64,000 nt of DNA from Camelus dromedarius (taxonomy: Eukaryota). The translations under genes were made by a program, and so were the position numbers. Shown piece after piece: positions 39,451 to 51,959 of this stretch. The notes under the pieces are model-generated. The model made no database searches. It saw only the letters and a program-made list of their open reading frames with translations, and was not told where the DNA came from. The DNA lies in assembly GCF_036321535.1 (NCBI RefSeq), contig NC_087436.1, positions 110,114,001-110,178,000 on the forward strand. The letters run 5' to 3'. Every line of letters starts with the position of its first letter. The stretch's first letter is position 1.

Positions 39451-41139
39451 ATCCCCAGAAGTAGCAGAAGGGAGACTTTGGTAAAGGAGCTTAAAACATA
39501 AGGGGACATAGTCTTGGATTTTTGAGCATAAAAAGGGCAGAAGACAGGCTGAAGTGAATTAGTATTCATCAAGAAAAGCATCCGATAACATATTAGACTT
39601 TGCCACCTGGAATTCAGGCTACTATGAGACTTTGAGAGGATGCAATATTTTTCCATTATCAGGATCCAAAACCCCAACCCTTATCTCCTAGAGAAAATTA
39701 TGGACAATGACAAAGAACTCAAGAAGAAGCAAGCTTCTGCATGTTTTAAAAGAATTGGATAGTTTGCAGAGGGTGAAGAAATGAGATTGAGTGTGAGAGA
39801 TGACCCATGGGGATGAGGGTGAGGGTGTCTCCAAACCTTGAACAAAGCTACTCCAAGGTTTAGGATGAAGCACAAGTGAGAGGATTTGGGGATGCAAATC
39901 AAAGAGTTGACAAAATCCTCTCCTGGAACTATACCATCCTGTGGGCTTTAAATATTTAGGACCATGTTATTTGGACTTGAAATAAAGTTTTGATTATGTA
40001 CGCATTTTGAATGTCTCACCAGTCATCACTAGAACCATGGAATCTGAAATCTACCACAATATAGCTTAATGGTGGGATTATATATACACACTCACCACAG
40101 TTAACTCACAAAAAAAGACTTTCAGACAATCTTCTTTCCTCCTTCTCTCTGCTGTCACATAATTGAGCCTATCAGCTCGTTCACATAGTTCTGGAACAAA
40201 AGAAGAGAGCCATGTCTCCTGTAGAGTTCATGTTGATTGCTTCCAGAAACTCTGGAAATGTTTGTTGACATATCTACATCCCACTTCTAATGAGCACTGG
40301 AAGGGCCAGGTTGATACACCAAAGAAATTGTCATCTCAGGAAACATTTGGGGAAAAGTATCTCATTGCACAAGTGAGCTATTTGTTTCTTTTGCAATTTG
40401 CCACCCACTTTGCTAGTAAGGATGGAGCAGCTGGGTTGAAAATGATGGATTGCCCTAAATGGGCAGCTACCAAAATCCTGCAACTTCAATGGGTCACACT
40501 GAGCAGAAGATAACAAGCTTTTCTGGCAACAGCATAAATTGTCCTCATGTGGCATTAGTGTTTCCAAATGGCCCTGCACTCCTGTCAGATACAAAAGCCC
40601 AAAGCATTTCTCTTCCTTTGATTTTCCTTCCTATCTTCTCCCAAGATTTATTCCTTTGATGTCTTTTAAATTCTGATCCTATCTGTTATTTTTCACCTGA
40701 ACAGTCAATAGCCTTACTCACTGATTGGCAATCAAGCTTTCTGGGATTTATCTTGTTTCATTTTATATCTGCATATATAATATCAGAAGTCTCTTGTTAC
40801 CTGTCCTGTTAAGAAGCTACTCTCTCTGTTCATCAGCAGCTTCCTTAGAGTGTTTATCTCCATCCAACTGTCAAACCTCGATTCTGTGATAGGGATACAT
40901 ATGAAATATGGTTCCTGACCTCCAGGAGGGTCAATGAACTTATAAACAACTAATAGATTTACACTTTGATAAGTGCAATAAAAATGTACTCACAAAGGTG
41001 AGAATATCAATGCTGAGCATTAGAGAAAGGATATACAAAGAAGGAGGATATTCTGAACTGATTCTTGCAGAAAGATCCAGCAGGGATTTGTCATGAAATT
41101 CACCATTGACAAAATGAAAAAAAAACAAAACAAAACTCA

Positions 41140-43555
41140 TTTTTTAGTCTTGGAATACAATTCATTTAACCCAATATTTTTGACATTTATAGTTCAGAGG
41201 TAAATTAGTATACTCACAGAACTGTGCAAACTTCTTCATTAACTTTAGAATATTTTTTATGCCTCCAAAGGAAACATTGTATCCTTTAATAGTTAATCCT
41301 CATTCTTCTTTCCCACAGTCCCTGAAAATCTACTTTAATCTTACTTTACATTTACCTATTTGGGACATTTCAAATAAATGATATCATACAGCAAGTGGTA
41401 TTTTCTGTCTGGCTTTTTCCATTTAGCATACTATTTCAAGGTTCATATCTGTTTTAGCATCTATCAATGTTTCATTCCTTTTTATGGTCATATAATATTT
41501 CATTGTACAAATATGCCACATTTTACTTATCCATTAATCAATTGATAGACTTATGAGTTCCTCCAATTTTTAGCTAATATGAGCAATGCTGCTGTGAATA
41601 TTCATGTATGAGTTTTTGTGTGAATGTATGTTTTCAATTTTATTGAGTATATATGTATATATAAATGGAACATCTGAGTCATATGGAAACTATTGCCATC
41701 ATCTTAGAGGAAATACCAAATTGCTTATCAAAGCAGCTGCTCTGTTATATATCCCCACCAGGAATGTATGAATCTTCCAATAGATATCCTAGTGGGTAGG
41801 AATTGCTATCTCATTGTGGTTTTGACTTGCATTTTGCTAATGACTAATAATATTGAGCATCTTTTAATGTTTATTGCTATATTTTGTATCTTCTTTGGAT
41901 AAATATATATTCAAATCTTTTGCCATTTTTAGTTGATTATTTGTGCACCTGCATTTTTTTTTATTTAATAAGGATACTGTATACTTATCAGATACATGAT
42001 CTGTAAATATTTTCTATAGTTCTGTGGGTTGTCTTTTAATTTTCTTGATAGCATCATGTGAACTCCAAAATTATTAATTTTGACGAGGTCTGAATTTTTT
42101 TCTTTTGTTGTTTGTGCTTTTGGTGTCATATCTAAGAAAGAACTACCAAATTCAATACTCCAAAGATTTACTCCTATGTTTTCTTTTAAGTGTTCTATAG
42201 TTTAAACTTTTACATTTAGACCTGTGATCCACTGCAAGTTGATTGTGTAATTAGTGTGAAGTGGGGTTATATCTTTTTTTTAATCCACTTGTCCCTTTCA
42301 TCATCTATTGAAAAGGCTGTTCTTTACCCTCATTGGATGATCTTGGTACCCTTGTAAAAAATCTGATGATCATAAATGTAAAGGACCCTTAATTCTACTT
42401 CATGAATTAATGTTTATTCTATGCCAGTGAAAAATACTTTTGATTACTGCAGCTTTGTAGTGAGATTTTAAATTGGGAATTATGATTCTTCCAATTTTGA
42501 TTTTTTTAAATTATTTTGGCTATTCTGTGCCCCATGTGGATTTTAGGATCAGTCTGTCAATTTCTGCAATAAGAAACAACTAGCATTTTGATAGAGGTCA
42601 GATCATTTTGTAGAGTATTGCCATCTTAAGTTTTCCAATCCATGGATATGGACTATCTTTCCACTTATTTAGCTCTTCTTTAATCTCTTTTAACAATTTC
42701 ATAATTTTTAGTGAACTTACATTTCTTTTGTTATTGTATTCCTAAGCATTTTATAATTTTTATGCTATTGGAAATTGATTTTTTGAATTTCAATTTATGA
42801 TTATTCATTTCTAGTGTATAGAAATATAATTTATTTTTTAATAGTAATCTTGTATTCTGTAAGTTTAATGCATTCATTGATTAGTTCTAACAGTGTGTTG
42901 TATGTGGATATGAGGAGAAGGATTTCTTAGGATTTCCTATATACAAGATATATCATCTGTGAATAGAGATAGTTTTACTTCTTTTCAAATCTGAATGTCT
43001 TTTATTTCATTTTTGCCTAATTGCTCTAACTATAACTTCCAGTACATTTCTGAAGTGATCACAGGAGACATTTTTGTTTTGTTCCTGGTATTAGGGGAAA
43101 GCATTTATACTTTTACCACTAAGCATAATGTTAGATGTGGTGTTTTCCAAGATGGTCTTTATCAAATTGTGGAAATTTTCTTCTATTTATAATCTTTTGA
43201 GTGTTTTTTATCATGAAATATATTTTGGATATTGTGAAATGATTTTCTTGCCATCTATTTAGATGATCATCTTGTTTTTGACTTTTATTCTGTTAATACA
43301 GCATATTATATTGTCCTACATTTTCAATTTAAACTTTTGGTATAAACCCTACTTTATCATGGTATATTATCCCTGTTATATGTTTCTTTATTTTGTGCAT
43401 TAAGGATATTTATATTATATTCATAAGAGAAATTGATTTGTAGTTTTATTTTCTTCTGGTATCTTCTTCTATTTTTGATATCAGTATGATATTGGTTTCA
43501 TAAAACGAGATGAGGAGTATTCCTGCCTTTTCTGTGTTTTGGAATAGTTTTTATG
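41140..43555 (-). mobile_element. Old L1 (L1MB-like), 3' UTR to RT region
   Basis: Continuous antisense L1: tgggacatttcaaataaatg...tctcattgtggttttgacttgcatt...tggtgtcatatctaagaa...gatatcatctgtgaatagagatagttttacttc. Confidence 0.9.
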
Positions 43556-43559
43556 TGGT

Positions 43560-43982
43560 CTGAGTAAAATGGAATAAAGTTAGAAATAAATAACAGAAAG
43601 AAATTTCAGAAATTCACAAATATGTGGAAATTAAATAGCACACTCCAAAATAATCAGTGGTCAAAGAAGAAATCAAAATATACCAAATGTATGGAGTCCT
43701 ACTAAAGCAGAACTTAGAGGGAAATCTATAGCTGTAAATGTCTGCATTAAAAAAGAAGAAATATCTCATATCAAAAACTTAACATCAGACTCAAGAAACT
43801 AGTACCTAAGAGTAAATTAAAGTCAAACCAATCAGAAGGGAAAAAATATGAAAGTTAAAATTGAAAGGAATGAAATATTGAATGGAAGAATAGTAGACAA
43901 AATCAACAAACTAAAAGTTGGTTCTTTGAAAAGAACAATAAAATTGACAAAATTTTAATTTGATAAGAAAAAAGAGGAAGAG
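43560..43982 (+). mobile_element. L1 ORF2 segment (end of EN and linker), inverted relative to the adjacent L1
   Basis: aatggaataaagttagaaataaataacagaaag...tgtggaaattaaatagcacactcc...aaaagttggttctttgaaaag. Confidence 0.85.
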
Positions 43983-44734
43983 TTCACCTATATTTAGCTC
44001 CTAGCTCTTGATCTTCCTTTCTGTTTCCTAGCCTGGTGTTTGTTTTTGGCATAAGTGCCACAGAAAGCAAAATTCCATCAAATGAACACAACAGCCACTG
44101 AAGCTGGAAAGTGAGCCTTTCTGACATTCTGGTTACAGCCACAGCAACTTCCTCTGAAAATTGTGCCACGTGGCTAGAATAAAGCAGATGTTTAACTGAC
44201 CTTACTTTCACTCATGAAAAAATGATTGCTTATTTGTTCATTCATTTTGTTTTTCCAAAAGAAGTAAGCCTGGAAGTAAATTGCTAGCTTCAAGACTTTA
44301 AAAGAATCATTGGTTTTCCCCATCTGTGTATTCGCCCCCATTTTGAGCCATATCATGGATTTGATTTGAAGGCTAGAGGTACATCATCATAATAAGGGTT
44401 AATGACTTGCATCACAAGCTCTCCCCACACTCCAAAGTAACTAGAATCTTTAACAAAAGAGTTGCTTTAATCAAACACATGTTTTGTGCTGCCTTTTGCC
44501 AGTGAATTACTTCTCATTAGCTCATATTTTGTAATGCAGTAGCCATGGCAATGATCTGCTTATTTCAGAGATGGCATAAAATATACGGTATCTGGGGAGT
44601 TGTCGTGCCATAGCAGTTGTCAGGTAATTTGCTGATCTAGCAAAACTGATCAGGTGGCTACAAAGCAAAATTTAATTTCAGTTCTGCCCCAGAATTTTTA
44701 ACATCAGAATAGTATGAAGCAAAACTTTAGAATA

Positions 44735-44945
44735 ACATCATTCAATAGAACTTTCTGTGATAATGGAAATCGTTCTTATTTGCATCGTCCAAAGAATAGT
44801 GATTAGCCACATGTGGTTCTGGAGAACTTCAAATGTGGTTAATGAGACTGAGGAAATGAATTTTAAGTTTCATTTAATTTTAATTAATTAAAACTTAAAT
44901 TTAAGTAGCCACCTGTTGCCAGTGACCACAATATTGAACAATTAA
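44735..44945. mobile_element. MER3 hAT-Charlie MITE
   Basis: caatagaactttctgtgataatggaaat...tagccacatgtgg...gactgaggaaatgaattttaa...aagtagccac. Confidence 0.85.
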
Positions 44946-45992
44946 TCTCTTGACTGATCAGAAAAGTGACAATTTTTATAATGAAATTTAAAAAATTCTT
45001 GGAAAACACTCTGGAAAAAAAAATACTTAAAAAAGAAAAAGAAAAAGATAAAAGCTACCCAACAAATCCTTGAAATTCTATCAAGATTGTGAAATGTTGC
45101 ATGTTTTGAGGACTATAAGGAGTATACTCACTCATTCTCGTGCTCATAACCCATGTGTTATTACCAATAATTTTCATCTCTCAGTACTTAAATTTTATTT
45201 TATTTTATTCTTCAGCTATCATGTCTTTTAATTTCATTTCTCTTCCTCTGGCTTACTTGTCTCCACTGCTTTCTATTCTCACTTGAGATTACCGATCTAC
45301 TTTCTCATTGTCCCCTAGGTCCTTTCTCTCTTTTACTTCTCCCTTCAGAATTCGTCATTAAAAGCAATACTTTGCATATCACCTCCCCTCTTTTATTCAT
45401 CTGATGAGGCCCTAACCCTTATTAAAATCCAGGTCCTCTCCCCAGTCAGCATCAGCATAGGAGCAGCTGAATGTGATTAGAGAGAGACACATATGTGTAC
45501 TAATTTACCTCATTTTACATCCATGACTATTCGAAGGGTGTAACCCTTTAGTACTGATTAATTTCCTTGTCCTTCAGTCTCCTATGTTTCAAGAAGGTAT
45601 GAATCTCTAATCTTCCAAACACATGCACTCTCCTCAGTTTTGACTGCTTCTTAATTCAGAAAACAGGAAATTTGAAGAGGACCTGCATAGACTCCTATGA
45701 TACAGCTACCAGTCTGGCCCATTGCTTTGACCTCCCTCCTGTTCTGATGGAGGAACTCACTGTACTCCTAGAGGCAAATCATTTACCTTTGTGTTGCACC
45801 CTACTCAAGGAATCACTCTTGAAATTGCCCCTCCATTTATTGCATCATAACATCTCCCTATCTACTGGATCACTCATATCTCATATAACATCAGTGCACC
45901 TTCTTAAAAAAAATTCTTCTCTGACTCCCAATCTCTAAATCTCTTTAGATCAACTGCCATATACATATTTATCACCCTCCTCTCCTTCTCAG

Positions 45993-46235
45993 GGCATACC
46001 CAGCCATAATCCATCTTAGAATGATCCATGCCCAGGTAGACAGTGTTTCTTGGACCCAAAGAGAAAGGATGGAAGCACAGGCCCCAGGAGACCAGGCCTC
46101 CACCTCAGAGCCTCCTCGTACCTGCCACCACCACTCTCCTCATAGCACTGCCCCCTCTCCAAGGGGGCACAGTCACAGTGCTCCATTGCCAACAATAAGC
46201 TTGCTGTAACTGCCAAAAAATAAAAATTAAAAAAA
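45993..46235 (+). pseudogene. Candidate retrocopied mRNA 3' end (source unidentified)
   Basis: GC-rich block not matching L2, with AATAAG at 46194-46199 and an A-rich tail at 46215-46235. No TSD seen. Confidence 0.5.
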
Positions 46236-46908
46236 TCAAGTCTGCAGTTTCTATGTCCTGCCTTCATATCCTCTCTTCCCATTCTTTCTTAAGCCAAGGA
46301 CGTTCTACCTCCCACCACATCCACCATAATTTCTTTTGCCAGTTATCAATACTTCAATTTGCTAAATTTAATAGTCATTTCTCAGTTCTTATTTCACTTG
46401 GCTTTGTGATATTGGACATATTTGAATAGTCTATCCTCTTTGAAATACTGTATACATGTTGCTTTTAGGCACTCACTCTGCCACAATGCTAATCTTATAT
46501 CCCTTATGTCTCCTGTTCAGTTTTAGCTGGTTTCTTTCCCAAGGAACTGGAGAATGACCTCCAAACATGAGCACCATCCTCTGCCTCCAGGCTTGGTCCT
46601 TGGACTTATTTTTGTGTCACTTATATACTTGGTAATCTCATCCTATCTAATAGCTCCAAAAGGAAAACATGCTCACATCTCCACAAATCTAGAATTCCAT
46701 ACTCACATCCAATAGGATATAATATGGATACTTTAATATTTAATGTGCATCTGAAATTTAAAATTCTCCCTACCCCCATACTTTCTCCTCACTGATCTTC
46801 CATAAATAGAACTTCCATTCTTCTAAGTGCTTAGGTTCTCTGACTCCCAGCTTTGCTCTGCCCCATCTATTCTCCTCCCCACAATAGCAAGAATGTCATT
46901 CAATCATT

Positions 46909-47032
46909 CATCCTTTCTCTTTCCCTCTTTCTCTCTTTCCTTCCTTCCCTCCTTCCTTCCTTTCTTTTTCTCTCTTTCTCTTTTCTCTCTCTCTTTTCCT
47001 TCCTTTTTTCTCTTCCTCTCTTCCTTCCTTCC

Positions 47033-47091
<59 letters not shown>

Positions 47092-47120
47092 CTCTCTCTC
47101 TCTTTCCTTCCTTCTTTTTT
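46909..47120. repeat. Compound (TTCC)n/(TTTC)n/(TC)n microsatellite
   Basis: About 210-bp polypyrimidine tract with a pure TTTC run around 47034-47090. Confidence 0.95.
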
Positions 47121-48152
47121 CACTTAAATCACAATGTGTCACACCTTGTTGTCTTGCTGACAAACTTCTGATCTCTGCTATGGCTCCGACTCCCTTACTA
47201 TCCTCTCTCTTTGACCACCTTGCTGGTCTGAGAACGTTCTGAATGCAGTTTTACTGTAGTATTTCTGTGTTTGCTGTTCCCTCTGCTCACAGTACTCCTG
47301 CCCAGCATATCTGTATGGCTTGGTGCTTCATTTCTTCCAGATTTTCCCACAGTGCCCTCTTTTAGATAGGACTTTCCTGACCATTCTATGTGAAATAGCA
47401 GTGTTCTGTCTACTTTCCATCACTTTTATGCCACTTCATTTTCCTTAATAGGATGTAGCGCATAAAATAGAGTATATATTATTTTGTGTACCTTTTATTG
47501 CTTTTATCCTCTATTAACTTTCTCCTCTATAAACTTTTAAATGTAGCTCCCTGTTACAGTCTCAGAATTTCGAGCTATGTCTAATGAAAAGAAGGTTACT
47601 TATCTACTTTATACTAGCCCACTTTACAGATGGAGAAAAATGTAGAAAATTTCCATTTTTAGTCAATATTTTCTGCTTAGCTGATTATGGGGCTAATCAG
47701 TATTCATTTTAGTGAAATATCAAACAATCGTCTCAATATTATTGGCAACAGTAACACTAATCACCTGAAGTTCTAATTCATGGGTCATTCTTCTCCACAT
47801 CAACACATACTAACTACTTCAGTGCTCCCTTCCTTCAGCTAACTGTTTTCTTAGTGCTAAAATGATCAATCAACTCTAGATAAGGTATCAAGTTATAATA
47901 TTTTACCACTTGAGGAGATAATTGACTGAATGGTCTAGAGCTTGGCTTAATAGACACAAAAACCAGAGTTTGAAGCTGCCTTGAGCACATACTAAAACTT
48001 TGACTGAAGACACTTTATTTTTCTGATGATATTTTTTTCATGTATAAACATGAAAATAATAAGAACACCTTCTTTATTATGTTGTTTTGAAAGTTAAATA
48101 AAGTAAAATATATAATGTACCTGGCAGAGCACCTAGCAAATTTATATACTCT

Positions 48153-48345
48153 AGGAGCTGGCAAACCTTGTCTACCTGTCTTTGTAAACAGTTTCATTGA
48201 GCACAGCCACATCTTTTTTTTTTTTTTTTTTTTTTTTTTAATGTATTGCCTGTCGCTGCATCATGCTACAACAGCAGAGTTGAGTACAGTCTGCAAAGCC
48301 TGAAATACGCTTTGGCCCTTTACAGAAAAGATGTTCTGACCTATG
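48153..48345. mobile_element. MER58A-like hAT-Charlie
   Basis: gctggcaaac...tttgtaaacagtttcattgagcacagccac...acagcagagttgagta...tggccctttacagaaaa. Confidence 0.8.
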
Positions 48346-48444
48346 AAGTACAAAATGGTGGTTATTTTCATTAGTCTAAAAACCTTCTATGATCAAAACA
48401 TCTATTGATTTTTTAACAGAGACCTTTTGAAGTTTGAGATTAAA

Positions 48445-48655
48445 TAATAGTAGTCATGAAAATGGCACTTACTATTTCATTTTATTAACTCACTCAGTTC
48501 TCAAAACAACTTTGTAAGATAGGCACTATTATTATCTTTATTGGCTAATGAGAAAACTGAAGTACAGAAAAGTTAAATTATTTACTTTCTATAGACACAG
48601 CTAGGAAGCAGTGTGCCTGACATTTAAACTCAGGTTCATAGTCCATGTTCTTACA
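48445..48655 (-). mobile_element. MIR SINE
   Basis: tctcaaaacaactttgtaagataggcactattattatc...atgagaaaactgaagtacagaaaagttaaat. Confidence 0.8.
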
Positions 48656-49231
48656 TGTTTGTCTCCCAAGAGTTATATAAAATTTAAAATATTCAGTAAT
48701 AACACTAATCACCTGGAGTTCTAATTCATGGGTCATTATTCAGTATACCCAGGTTGGAAAGGAAGAGATATATTCTGAATTATGGAGCCTTTAACTAAGT
48801 TTGAAGTTTATTTTGTCCTGCCAGTGTATAATTAGCTGATCTTCTGTGTACTTGGGAAATCTAGAGAATTGGGAAGCTGATGTTACTCTCAGGTTGTCTA
48901 AAACTTTTGGAGAAACAGTAACAGGAGATTGTGAAAAAGGGATTTCCCATGAAATTGAAGAAAAACTAATGACTTAGATGGGTTCAGTGCTATTGGCAAT
49001 ACATGTGCTTGTGTGTATATGATTTTGGTTTTAATGGCAGCTCAGTATTGTGCAGCACTCTGGATCCCATTTGCCTACACCAGCTCAAGGCCATTGAAGT
49101 TCTATATCCACCAACTCATTTGGTCAGTATCACCAGTCACATGTCAAGATAAGCAAAAAATAAGAAAAGAGATACAAAACCGAGGGAAGAATGCAAGAAG
49201 CATTTAAACATGTAGAATGTTAAAAGAGTCA

Positions 49232-49480
49232 AAGTAGCATAGAGTTTAAGGAACAGACTTTGGAGTTAAACTGGGGCTTGAATCCAATTTAAGCTCACAA
49301 ATTGCATACTGAGTGACCTTGTATATGTTGTTTAGTCTTTCTTCTCTTTAATTTAATTATGTGTGAAATGTTGATTGTAATTATACCCATAGCATACTAT
49401 TATTAGGGAGATTAAAGCATGTGCTACTTCTAAATTGGTTAGCATATAGAGACGAATAAAAGACTAAAGGTTATTATTAT
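49232..49480 (+). mobile_element. MIR SINE
   Basis: gtagcatagagtttaaggaacagactttggagttaaac...gagtgaccttg. Confidence 0.7.
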
Positions 49481-49595
49481 ATCCTAGAGCTAACTTTGTC
49501 AGTGCAGGAATTGACTTTTTCCACCTCTGTATCCCCAGTGTCTAATGCAGTGCCTGGCACATAATATATAATAAATAAGTATTGATTGAATTAAA
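49480..49595 (+). mobile_element. L2 3' terminus
   Basis: ctgtatccccagtgtctaatgcagtgcctggcacata...aataagtattgattgaatt. Confidence 0.75.
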
Positions 49596-49899
49596 AAGCT
49601 GCTGATCTTCACTTTCTCTTCTAAGTAGAAGCACATTCTCTCTCCTACTTGCTTCCAACTTTCCAATCCATCAGTGTAAAACAGTCATTATTTTGTGGTT
49701 GATAAAGCACCGTTCTTGAAATATGAGTACCTGATGTCCTCCTTTACAAGCTCAACTTCCAATCTGTTAAATGGAATTAATGCTATGTGTTTACCTATGT
49801 CTCAGAATAATTGTAAAAATTCAATTAACGGTGCAGAAAGCCTTTAGGGAGATGATATTATACAACATTAAAAAAAAAACTTGGCATTATTCTTTATTA

Positions 49900-50590
49900 G
49901 TACAGATAAGCATTACTGGCTTCACCTCCCTGTAGTTCATCCTTCATCCAACAGACAGAGATACAACGGAGAAAAGATAGCCTCTTCAGAAAGAGGAGCT
50001 GGGAAAACTGGACAGCTACATGATGAAAGAATGCAATTGAAAGTCACATGTCACACGCTCAATCCAAACCATCAAATGGTATCCCACCAGACTCAAATCA
50101 ATCTGAAGTGATCTCCATGGCCTTCAGAGCTCCCTCTCCAACCTAATCTCTTCCTCCTCCCCCACCCCTGACTCACTGCACTCTAGACCCTCTGTCCTTT
50201 TGGCTGCTCTTAAGGTGCCAAAAACACACCAAACTCAGGACATTTATATGAGCTATTTATTATGCCTTAAATATTCTCCCTTACAATGCACTCCCCCATC
50301 CCATTCTGGTTTCTAATCAAATACTCTTGCTTCTGGAAATCCTTCTCTTGCAACTTCACCAAAAATTATATCTCCTGTTACCTTTTCCATTTTCTCACTT
50401 TATTTTATAAATCAGTAACATTATATTGCATAGTGACAGGTATTTATTGCCTGTTTCTTTCAATAAAATGTAAACTTTATGAAGATAAGAATTTTGTATT
50501 GAAAATTTTTGTATCCCTGGCCCCTGAAATAGTGTCTAATGCATAAAAAATGAATATTAAATTTTATGTTGAATAGATAAATGAACCTGT
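49900..50590 (+). mobile_element. L2 3' fragment
   Basis: catgtcacacgctc...cactgcactctag...ctcagggacattt...tgtaaactttatgaagataag...tgttgaatagataaatgaa. Confidence 0.7.
49961..50040 (+). mobile_element. Isolated 80-bp internal L1 ORF2 fragment
   Basis: atacaacggagaaaagatagcctcttcagaaagaggagctgggaaaactggacagctacatg resembles the L1 ORF2 KDSLFNKWCWENW region. No tail or TSD. Confidence 0.75.
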
Positions 50591-51959
50591 GACAGCATGG
50601 AAGTCTCCTGACCTGTTCTACTGAAACTATTAATGGACTTATAAGTTAGATCAGATTTCTGCTGGTTAAAGTCTGACATCGGGCAACTCAATATTCTCTA
50701 TTTGTAATTTTCTCTCTTAAAAACTAAGAGTTGAGTGAAATTTGGAGTTTTTAAATTCTGCATGATATAAAGACTATATGGAGGAACTTGGTTAGAAAAA
50801 TGGTTTGTTTATGAGTTGGGTTTTAAAACACAGTCCTTACTTCATGTAAAGATTTTCTGTTTTTACCTATTTTATATATTAGGCTCCTATAGACACTAGT
50901 GTTAGTGTTTGAAGAGCAGATTTTTATAGTTAAGGGAAGTGAATAAAACATAATCTAGCTCGAATTTGTTTATTTGTTTGCTTGCTTGTTTGGGATGGCT
51001 TTCTCTGGTCAGCAAATTATCATGATTCATTATGATAAAAAGCCTAACTGTACGTCTGTCTGTCAACACTGTCTTAGCATTGACAAAGATTAATCTGAGA
51101 CCATTTTTTGAGTCTTTGAATTTATTATGATAATATGTGTTGCTTGGAAATTAAGAAGTAGAAAAACATCATTTTTAGCAATAATTGAAGACATAATATC
51201 AGTTTTACTTTGGGGTGTTTAGGACCAAGAAAGAGCCAGGTATATAAGTAATGAATTAGATACAGTGTTATTCTAAACACACATATTAACCATTTTTAAT
51301 TTCCATAAACCATTCAAGACATTCTAAATATGTGAGAATTTAGGATCCAAGAAATGGAACAATGACTGCTACGTTTTAATAGCACGCACATAAATAATTG
51401 CTGAACTGAGATAAAATTTCAGTGTCAGTTTCTTTCGGTTTTTTTCAAACTTTCTATAAAATGTAAATTAAAGTAACTATCCATCTCTAAAGATAAGATC
51501 CAGTGTATCTCAGCTTTACCTTAGATAGTTTTAAATAAATGTACTGGACTTGCTAGGGGTAGGTGGGATAAATTTCATTGTTCTAAAACATTCCAGTGAA
51601 GTGGAGAGAGTGGCTTAGCATTTATATAGCATTGTGAATCTTGGAGGAAATGTTTGTCAGCAAGTCATTCTTCTTATCCTTACACAAAGGTGTCTTTCAA
51701 CATCTTTGGGATGACTCAGCCCTCCAAAACTCCTTTAGTCCCAATCCCTAGCATTCAGGTGTAAGAGTCACAAATAAGAATTCCTGGATACTTGTCCACC
51801 TTTTGTACCCAAAGCGAGTGGGAAGTGGGGGAAGGGAACAACTCTAAAGTAAAAAAAAAAAAAAAAAAAAAAAAGACATAGAAATAATTGAGTTTAAGTC
51901 TCAGCTGTCCACATCCTAAGGAAATTATAACCCTGACCAAACTGTTCTTGGAGATTAGG

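Larger units (their letters stand above)
45270..47600 (+). mobile_element. Long L2a-like fragment (RT region to 3' end), interrupted
   Basis: agcagctgaatgtg...ctccctcctgttctgatggaggaact...cctactcaagga...tttgctaaatttaatagtcatttctcagttctt...ttgctgttccctctgct. Confidence 0.75.
47752..48741 (+). repeat. Pair of 42-bp direct repeats 948 bp apart
   Basis: taacactaatcacctg(a/g)agttctaattcatgggtcatt(c/a)ttc at 47752-47793 and 48700-48741. Confidence 0.9.

Noticed and set aside
46827..47242. Overlapping 71-129 aa ORFs rich in F/S/L or K/E/R
   Set aside because: They are translations of the TTTC/TTCC microsatellite.
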